Positions 23,808 through 31,045 of a stretch of DNA of 31,045 nt are shown here, one piece after another. The notes under the pieces were generated by a model. It did not search any database, was not told the origin of the DNA, and saw nothing but the letters and a program-made list of their open reading frames with translations. The DNA comes from Craspedostauros australis (Eukaryota): NCBI GenBank assembly GCA_030167865.1, contig JALAGF010001249.1:62001-93045 (forward strand), given 5' to 3'. A program made the position numbers and the translations under genes. How positions within the stretch are numbered: the stretch's first letter is position 1; each line of letters starts with the position of its first letter.

Positions 23808-25998
23808 TCAGTACTTGCCCGACGCCCGGCTTCCTTCCCATGCCGCACGACGATTCTGCTGCTTCTGCGCACGCTCCAGGTTGGATTTCTCCTGGAACAC
23901 CTTCTGCTTGACGGGGATTGGGACCATTCCAAGCAGCTTGATGTTCTTCTCGCGCTTGTCCTTCTTCTCCTTCTTTTCTTTCTTTTCCTTCTTCTCCCTC
24001 TTCCTTTCCTTTCGGTCCTTCTTGTCCTTTTTGGATCGTTTTGATTTCGATGACTTGTGGCTGCCGGCGTCGTCGGCGTTGCCGGATTTCGGAGCGTTGG
24101 CTGCGCCCGTGTCGGCAGTGGCTGCACCGTCGTTTTGTGCGTCGATGTCGTTCTGGCTGATGTCGATGACGATACCATCCGGTATCGGAGGATGATCCTG
24201 CCTGGACGGAGACGATGGGTGGGTGGCGGATTGTTTGGATTTCTGTGGCGACAGCTCGTGCTGTGGGCGCTGTCCCTGGGGCGTTTGTTGGTGTTGTTCG
24301 CGTTGCTGCTGTTGCTGCTGATTGCCATGCTGTTGCTGTCGCTGCTGTCGATTATTCTGTTGTTGGTTGTCAGTTGGATCATGTTGCTGTCTCTGTTTTT
24401 GCGGTGATGGGTGCCTTTGACCATTGCCTGCGTTTGTATTCGCAGGTCTGGCAGACTCTTTCTTGTCATCGTCGTCTTCTATCGTGTGCGTTAATGGTTC
24501 CACAGAGGTGACGCAATATGGAGAAGTGCAATGGGGTAGGGTAGAATGGAATGGAGTGGACAGGGGTTGGTGAGTACAGACAGTACGTGATCTGCATTTG
24601 CGTTTGATATTGCTTGCGCAAAGCATGATTGGGCCATACCACACATATCCCGAAAGAAGCGGAACCAATGACCCAAACGAGGATGCGAGCTTTCAACCAA
24701 GGAAGGAGAGACGTACCAGGTCGACTGTTGTTGTTGTTGTTGTTGTTGTTGTTGTCGTTGTTGTTCCCGTCCATACTCTTGGACTTCATCTTGTAATCTA
24801 TACGCGGCGCTTCCTTCTTCTTTTCACCAATGCGGACCGCGCTCATGAGCATCTTGCGATCCAAGGTCGCGGTCGCAACTCCGGCCTTCCCGACGGCCTT
24901 CGTCGTCTTGACAGCGACCTTTCCAGTTTTGAGCGTCGTCTTGCCGACCAGCTTGGTGGTCTTGACGACGCCACCGGCCGTGGTGCGGACGGTGCTACCG
25001 AGCACCGCCTTGGTCTTCCCCAGCAACCGGCGCTGCTTCTTCTTCTCCACCTCGTGCTCCTCATCCTGCTTGATCTTCTTGGCGACGAGGAAATCCGCGT
25101 AGGCGCGATCTTCTGCCGTGCTCTGCGCTTTGGTGGACACGGCAATGTAGACCTCCCGTATTCTGTCTGGGTCGTTCTCACCGCGATCCCACTGCCTGCT
25201 CTGCTCGTTCCACACGGCCTCGATGGCAGCGAGCTTGAGCATGCGGACCTTGGCTGCCCCCATGCTGGTCCATGCCTCGAGACCGCGCGATTCCACCTTG
25301 GATTTGCGCGATGACTTGCCGCTGGAGTCCTTGGCCCTGGATTCCACCTTCTCCGCGATGCGGCGGCTGTCCTTGACCATGTGGTCGTAGTCGCTGCGCG
25401 TGAACCAGGCCTTGTGCACCTCGTGCTTGGTGTAGTCGTTGATGTGCAGCGTGGTCTGCATGTCATCGTACTCGGCGAATCGGATGGTGATCTTGCGCGG
25501 CGGCAGAGCGGCCATGAAGTCATCCCCGTCCACCGTGATCTCCTCGATGAACTCCTCCACCGTCTCCTCGTCGATGAAATCATCCTCCAGGACCTCTTCG
25601 TAGTAGCTGAATTCCGACGTGATGGACCTGCCGCCCTGGGATCGGCCGGCCGCGCTGGCGACGCTGTCGTTGCTGCTGTACATGTGGTTGCCGCTGCCAT
25701 TGCCGTTCTGGTGGGCGTTGGCGTTCTGGTTGGCATTGAATGGTGGGATGGAGTAGCGACCGTTCCTGGCCGAGTTGAGGCTGCGGCTGCTGTCCTGCTG
25801 CAGGCTGGCCGATGAGGATGGCCTCCTGGTCTCATTGCCGCCATGACCGTGATGGCCATGGTGATGATTCTTCTGTCCTTTGAGCTCCGCATTGCCCATG
25901 AACATGGGTGGCTTGGAGGCCTTGTCGGACTTGGAGCCCTGTTTGGCAAGGTTCTTGGCATTGCTGCTGGAGCTTCGTTTGAGCGGATTGAGTCCCAT
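23808..25998 (-). CDS. Protein of unknown function. Exons 25998-24717 and 24478-23808, ~650 aa
   Basis: ORFs 24466..25998 and 23808..24668 join through a phase-1 intron (CCTG|GTACGT...TTAAC...ATAG|AA). Strong GC3 codon bias. Contains the IRF...HINDYTKHEVHKAWFTRSDY...RGLE block that I recognise as common in diatom hypothetical proteins, a K/T/V/G-rich repeat, poly-N, poly-Q and a KE-rich stretch. Confidence 0.82.
24479..24716 (-). other. Spliceosomal intron (238 bp, phase 1)
   Basis: GTACGT donor, TTAAC branch-like motif and TAG acceptor; removal restores the frame (G+AA = Glu). Confidence 0.8.
24726..24765. repeat. (GTT)n repeat coding poly-Asn on the - strand
   Basis: Direct read, at the end of exon 1 of the unknown gene. 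Confidence 0.9.
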
Positions 25999-26289
25999 GG
26001 TTGCAGTCTACGAGTATGGCTGCGGTTTGTGCTGTGCTGTTGTGTTGTGCTGCTGTGTTGTGCAATGGGCTCGCTTTGGATTCGGTTTCGATTGATGGCT
26101 TCGTTGGCCTTTTGATGTGTACAGTGATGTGTGCAGTGATGTTGCTGTTGCTGTTGATGCAGATGTTGATCGGGGGCGTTGGTTGTCGAATGCTCGCCAA
26201 TCAAGCTGGAGTATTGCAATCGCAGTGCCGTGATCTGGTCACAGGTGATGCACACTGGATGCTGTTCCTCCACCTGTTCCTGCGTTTGG

Positions 26290-26382
26290 TCTTGAAGCAG
26301 TTCTTGAAGCAGTTCTTGGAGCAGTCCGTGTGATTGTCTGTCCGGTCCAACTGTCTCCAACTATCTCCAACTGTCTCCAACT
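26290..26382. repeat. 12-bp (GAAGCAGTTCTT) and 10-bp (CCAACTRTCT) tandem repeats upstream of the unknown gene
   Basis: Direct read. Confidence 0.85.
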
Positions 26383-27679
26383 CCTCGTACGTGTACTAAC
26401 GCGCGTGATGTTTCAGATGCAGTGATGTCATGAACTGGATCTCCGATGCTGCTCCTTCCGTCGACGATGAGATGGAAACGCCGGCGCAGCGTCAATCTCA
26501 ATGTTGTCGATGATGCAGGATACTTGCGCTTGTGGCTTGCGCTTGCTGATGCGAATGGAGGCGCAACTGCGATGGCGCGGATGAGAAGCACCAGGGATTT
26601 TCGGATGTGTTCTCAGGATCAGCAGCACAGCGACCTCCGTTGCACCCTGAGTCCTCTCTCTCTCCTTCTATTCGTATGCAGTCTGGTATAATATAACAGA
26701 AGAGCGAGACTCCTGCGATGGAGGTCTTCGAGTACGAACCACGAGCTATTCCTCGTCCGCTTCGTTTCCTCTCTCTTGGGGTGCTACCGCTCGTTCAGCA
26801 TTCCTCCTCTTCCTCTTCCTTTCTTGCTTCCTTGTTTGCTTCCTTGCTTGATTCCTTGATTCCGATCTTGTCCTCCTCTCTCTCTCTTTCTCTATTCGCA
26901 CAGTATAGAGTGTCTGATAGAGCCGTCAGTTTGGCTTGGAGCGTTCCAGCTTCTATTGGCTTGACTTCTGTCGGAGTGACTTCTATTGGATTGACTTGAT
27001 GCCTCTGCGATCGCTGGCTTGGGCCGGAGTCTCCGATTGTGCCAAACAGACAAGCTGTTCTCTTCGTTTCTCTGCGCAAGACTGTTGGTCTTCTTGTCGC
27101 ACCCTCCGTCTTGTCCTGTCGTGCTTTTTCTTGGTGTTGCATCTGTCGCCGTGTTCGCTACGGCGCTTGTCTCTGTCTCGTGCGCGCCAGACACAGTACG
27201 CGGACCTCTGTCACGCACACGCCATCACCGTGTGTTGTTGATCGTGCCTCTTTGCGCCTATTCATGTCGTATGCGACAACAATATATATCAAAGGTCATA
27301 TATTCTATCCAAATTCACGGAACAAACAAGTCGTGGGGAAACGATCGAGGCGCTTCGAGAAGACGGCTTCCTTCACGGATGGCCATGAGCGGCGCTGTTC
27401 TCACCTCTGTCCTCTCGAACCATCATACCTACGGCCACATGCATGTCTGCTCCTTGCCATACTTGCCCCTGCGGCATGGATCTTGCCCTGTTTGGCATGT
27501 ATCGCTCTGGCGCAGTTGCTACCTCGATGGGTGTGTGTTTTCACACGATCGCACACACACACACACTATAATAGTGTCATAAGGACATCAGAGCAGTACT
27601 ATGTTATGATTGTGATTGCGGACGTCGATCACATGCCGACGGATGCGACGCTTCTTCCCGTGCCGTCGCTGTCAACGTC

Positions 27680-27994
27680 TCAACCGACGAACTGTGGTGC
27701 GGTCGATGCTATGTCAACCAGTGGCGGCATCAATGAACGGCGGTATTCTCTCCGCGGTTCCTTTGCGAGATGGAGAGGTGTGTCACCTTCGTTGTTCTGT
27801 AAGTTGATGTTGGCATCGACATGAACTTGGTGACAATGTGCCAAGTTCTGCAACATCTCGAGACGTCCTTGATTGCAAGCGATGTGGAGCAGAGTGCTGC
27901 CATCTTCGTCTGTTGCCATGATGTTGATTCGATCAGATCTCAGGAAGTATTCGGCAAGATCTCCGCTTCCGCTACGACAAGCCAGATGAAGCAG
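27680..27994 (-). pseudogene. Ankyrin-repeat fragment (two repeats plus the start of a third), in frame with and directly after the stop of the upstream gene
   Basis: Reads LLHLACRSGSGDLAEYFLRSDRINIMATDEDGSTLLHIACNQGRLEMLQNL...NINLQNNEGDTPLHLA, a clear ankyrin consensus. The first repeat has no ATG of its own. Confidence 0.7.
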
Positions 27995-30412
27995 TCAAAA
28001 GCTGAAGAGGTGGATGTGGTCGAACTCCGGATCATTCTCAAACTGCAACTCCATCTTTCTTGGCCTTCCCAGATCTTCGTTCCGACCATCCTCATTGGCG
28101 TCACCATCATTTGCACCAGAGCCAGTATTCGTGTCAGCCTCAGTGTCAGCCTCAGCGTCAGCATCCCGATAGCACTTCAGCAGCATGCTGATGACCGATT
28201 GGTCGTGGCGATGCTCCACAAAATCAGCGCTGTTCTTGGCCATGTGAGATGTATCCATGTCTGTCAGCAACACCTCGTAGTCGCTGGCGATCCACGCCAC
28301 CCACGCGCGAACGAAGCGCAGGATCCCAGAATTCGGTTGCGGAGCGTTCTTGCCATCATCTGCGCGTCTCTCGTTCGGACCCAACCGAATCATCATCCAC
28401 CCTCCTTTGTATTGGTACGAGGCATCGTCATCCACGCGCATTCCTGGACCAACCGATGCCTCTTCATGACCGCTCCTCCACCGCACGCCCGGATGATAAT
28501 GGTTGCAGATTCGCGCGTACACGATGCCTTTCGTGTACTGCCGCTCCAAATGGCGCGTCCCCGTGTGCTTGATGGCCAGCGACGCGTTCTGCGCCTGCAT
28601 GGTGTGCATGATCTTGGACACGATGCTCGCGTTCCAGTACTGATCAATATCGGAGTAGATCAGGAAGGCATCGTGGACGTGCCGCGTGGCCTGCAGATAC
28701 TGTATCGCGTATTCCACGAGGGGTGCCTTGAAGAACCAGTGCCCGCCGCCGCGTGCGGACGCCGATGCGTTTTTGGTGAATTGCAAGTGATGATCGCGCC
28801 ATCGCGCGTCGTGCTTGATGAAGTCAGGGAACGTGTCGAAGGACCAGATCTGCGTGGACGTGTCGTGCATCATGGGGAAGTTGCGTGGTTTTCTTGGATT
28901 CTGTCGTTGCTGCTGCTGCACAAGGTATTGTCGTCCACCTTGTTGCACGTGCGTGAAGAAAGTGTGAGGTTTGCGACCGAACTTGCCGGTGACGTAAAGC
29001 AGATTGCGATGGATGTCGGGCTGCAGCGCTCGTAGTTCATGCCACCATCGTTCATCGTCGTCAGATGGAGCCTGCGTGAGTGTGTTCTTCCTGTGGAAGT
29101 GCCTCTGTCGCGGTGTGCAAAGCCATCGCCAGGCTGACGCCACATCCTCCGGATCATGCAGCTGGGCTGTGCGAGGCAGGTGCACGAATGATGTCTCGAT
29201 GGCATTGCCGTGCCGCCGCATACTCTCACGCAACCGGAGGAGCACGAGGATCTGCATTTCGCGCGCGGTGCGTTGACGACCATTGATGCGCTGCGGCGGA
29301 GCGCTCCATGTTTCCACGGCAGCGGCAGACAGCTGCGCCGTGCCAAACTGGATCAGGCCGGTCGGATTATCGCAGGCCTCATCATTCGCATCATGGAAGG
29401 TCCGGTTGGAGAAGCACTGGTGCGTGTCCACGAAGGCCGTGCTTCCAAATTGCATGCCGTGCGCTGATTCTGCCTGGCGAAGTCGCTGCTGGAATACGAC
29501 GGAATCGATGTAGTCCAGAAACAGCACCGGATGGACGATGGAATGCGAGTCGATTGCCGAGATGAAGGAGGTTGGATGCCCCGCCGTGTGAGTTGCATCG
29601 TGGTCGCTTGCCTCACGTCCGTATCCGCGCAGTTGATCCAGCGCATCGATGTTGGTGGCGGCATGATGAAACCATGCCACGGCCAGTGGGCGTTCGCTGG
29701 ACGTCGGCAGAGAGAGGATGTCTTGTGTCGTGTCCCTCACATCGCCGGTTGCATCCGTTGACGACACCACGAAAGTATAGAAGATGCGGCACGATCTGAA
29801 ACGATCCAGCTGCCTGATCGTTGCCATGGTGCTGGGACTTTCTGTCGTTCTGTTCGCCTGCGATTGAACGAAGTCCTCGAGCTCATGCAATGCGCACACC
29901 AGCGGCTGATGCTGCTCATAGATGCTCGCATCTTGTGGTCGATCGTGCGAAGCCTCAAATATCGTTCGCAGATAGGTCTGCCGCAACTGCTGACGCCACT
30001 CGTTCGCCTGACTTGCGGTATCGCTGAGCACGCCCCAGATGAATCGAGGGCGTTGCGACCACGGGAATGCATCCTCATGGGTGTCAGACGTGCACTCGGA
30101 CGAGCATCGCGGGTCCTCGTTGTGATGATGGCGTGGAGACGTGGAGCGTGTTGGCGCAACGTAGGACGGCGCATCCGGAACGGTGGCCACCGATGTTGAC
30201 GCAAAGAGATCGCTTGCCTGGAAGTGCAGCACGGAGGTGATGCCAATGCTGATGCAAATGCCGATGCCGATGCAGATGCCCGCAAGAGTGGTGAAACCGC
30301 GAATGGAGGGCGCGCATCCATTCGAGCGGCTGGGTCGATGCCGCTTCTTGATGCCATTGCGATGGCGATGGCGACGGCGACGGTGATGAAAACGACGACT
30401 GTCCAGTGTCAT
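27995..30412 (-). CDS. Type II membrane glycosyltransferase-like protein, ~805 aa from the first ATG
   Basis: The listed ORF begins at TTG (30478); the first ATG is at 30412. A basic His-rich tail precedes one hydrophobic segment (LAGICIGIGICISIGITSVLHF) and a stem. The C-terminal domain has GGGHWFFKAPL, a DxD motif (LIYSDID), YKGGWMMIR and FVEHRHDQSVISML, typical of a GT-A-like family. Confidence 0.72.
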   Translation of the reverse strand: MTLDSRRFHHRRRRHRHRNGIKKRHRPSRSNGCAPSIRGFTTLAGICIGIGICISIGITSVLHFQASDLFASTSVATVPDAPSYVAPTRSTSPRHHHNEDPRCSSECTSDTHEDAFPWSQRPRFIWGVLSDTASQANEWRQQLRQTYLRTIFEASHDRPQDASIYEQHQPLVCALHELEDFVQSQANRTTESPSTMATIRQLDRFRSCRIFYTFVVSSTDATGDVRDTTQDILSLPTSSERPLAVAWFHHAATNIDALDQLRGYGREASDHDATHTAGHPTSFISAIDSHSIVHPVLFLDYIDSVVFQQRLRQAESAHGMQFGSTAFVDTHQCFSNRTFHDANDEACDNPTGLIQFGTAQLSAAAVETWSAPPQRINGRQRTAREMQILVLLRLRESMRRHGNAIETSFVHLPRTAQLHDPEDVASAWRWLCTPRQRHFHRKNTLTQAPSDDDERWWHELRALQPDIHRNLLYVTGKFGRKPHTFFTHVQQGGRQYLVQQQQRQNPRKPRNFPMMHDTSTQIWSFDTFPDFIKHDARWRDHHLQFTKNASASARGGGHWFFKAPLVEYAIQYLQATRHVHDAFLIYSDIDQYWNASIVSKIMHTMQAQNASLAIKHTGTRHLERQYTKGIVYARICNHYHPGVRWRSGHEEASVGPGMRVDDDASYQYKGGWMMIRLGPNERRADDGKNAPQPNSGILRFVRAWVAWIASDYEVLLTDMDTSHMAKNSADFVEHRHDQSVISMLLKCYRDADAEADTEADTNTGSGANDGDANEDGRNEDLGRPRKMELQFENDPEFDHIHLFSF

Positions 30413-31045
30413 CTTCAAGACATCATCGCAGAGCAGCCGCCCGGTGTCCTGATCATCGATGCGGTCTTCGTCAGTCAAGAGGTAGATGGAATGGAGAATG
30501 AGTTGGAGCGGGATGGGGAGGGACGGGTGGAACGAAGGAAAAGACGAAAGACGTTCATTCAGAAACCTGCTTCATGGAATGGATACCGGTACTGAGATAC
30601 ATGATACCCAACATATAGTACCATTCATGAAACGGGGCTCGCGCGCAGTTGAGACATCGCCACTTGACGTTCGTGTGTCCCGTGCGTGTCTTTGTACCTC
30701 GTCACCGGAACGCTCTGTGCTCACTTTTTGCTGTGGTCTCTTTGTTTCTCTTTTCAAGATCGCCGCCACAAATACTATTGCCTCAAAGAGCCGGCTGTAG
30801 CCAAACAAATTGGCGATGTTTGGCGATGTTTGGATCACAGAAGCTGCTCTGTAGAATGTAGTACATTTTCTACGTAAGTCACGAACAAAAAAAGGCTAAA
30901 AACAGCATCAACCAAAGTTAAACTCTCCGGACTTAGCTCGTGTGCGTGTTCCTGTACTCGGCTTTCTATTGTAGCATCGAATATAGTTTATATATACAAT
31001 CCTAAAGTTTGGTGTCTGTTGCTCTCCTGCTCGGTGAGCGCTGAT

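Noticed and set aside
25477-25497. RKITIRF as a PP1-docking RVxF motif
   Set aside because: Spacing between the basic residue and IxF deviates from the consensus; too weak alone.
27821-29035. 404-aa + strand ORF, and similar long antisense or alternate-frame ORFs (3556..4419, 9859..10770, 16415..17389, 21673..22368, 24843..26360)
   Set aside because: Shadows of real genes with GC-rich third positions; no recognisable domains.
30413-30478. TTG-initiated extension of the glycosyltransferase-like ORF
   Set aside because: Eukaryotic context; the first ATG at 30412 already precedes the membrane anchor.
1-31045. tRNA, rRNA, LTR or terminal-inverted-repeat elements
   Set aside because: None recognised by eye; tRNAscan-SE, Infernal and a repeat finder would be needed to exclude them.

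Overview
Eukaryotic nuclear DNA, almost certainly from a diatom, because it carries an aureochrome matching Phaeodactylum AUREO1a as I recall that protein. It is not prokaryotic: spliceosomal GT-AG introns join ORF pairs in frame and microsatellites are abundant. Seven protein-coding genes are supported: a Man1/Src1-like inner nuclear membrane protein (-), two paralogous two-exon ankyrin-repeat genes (+) flanking an NAA40/NatD-like acetyltransferase (+), AUREO1a (+, two exons), a two-exon unknown protein (-) and a type II membrane glycosyltransferase-like protein (-). Intergenic DNA holds short tandem duplications and what look like heavily decayed non-LTR (LINE) retrotransposon remnants. The best leads are: (1) three tandem copies of the aureochrome binding site TGACGT at 10-bp spacing just upstream of AUREO1a itself, suggesting autoregulation; (2) ankyrin repeats starting exactly in frame after the TGA-C stop of the glycosyltransferase-like gene; (3) a motif and intron position shared by the ankyrin paralogs; (4) introns lacking polypyrimidine tracts but with complementary 5' and 3' segments. 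All homology calls come from motif recognition by eye; no searches were run.
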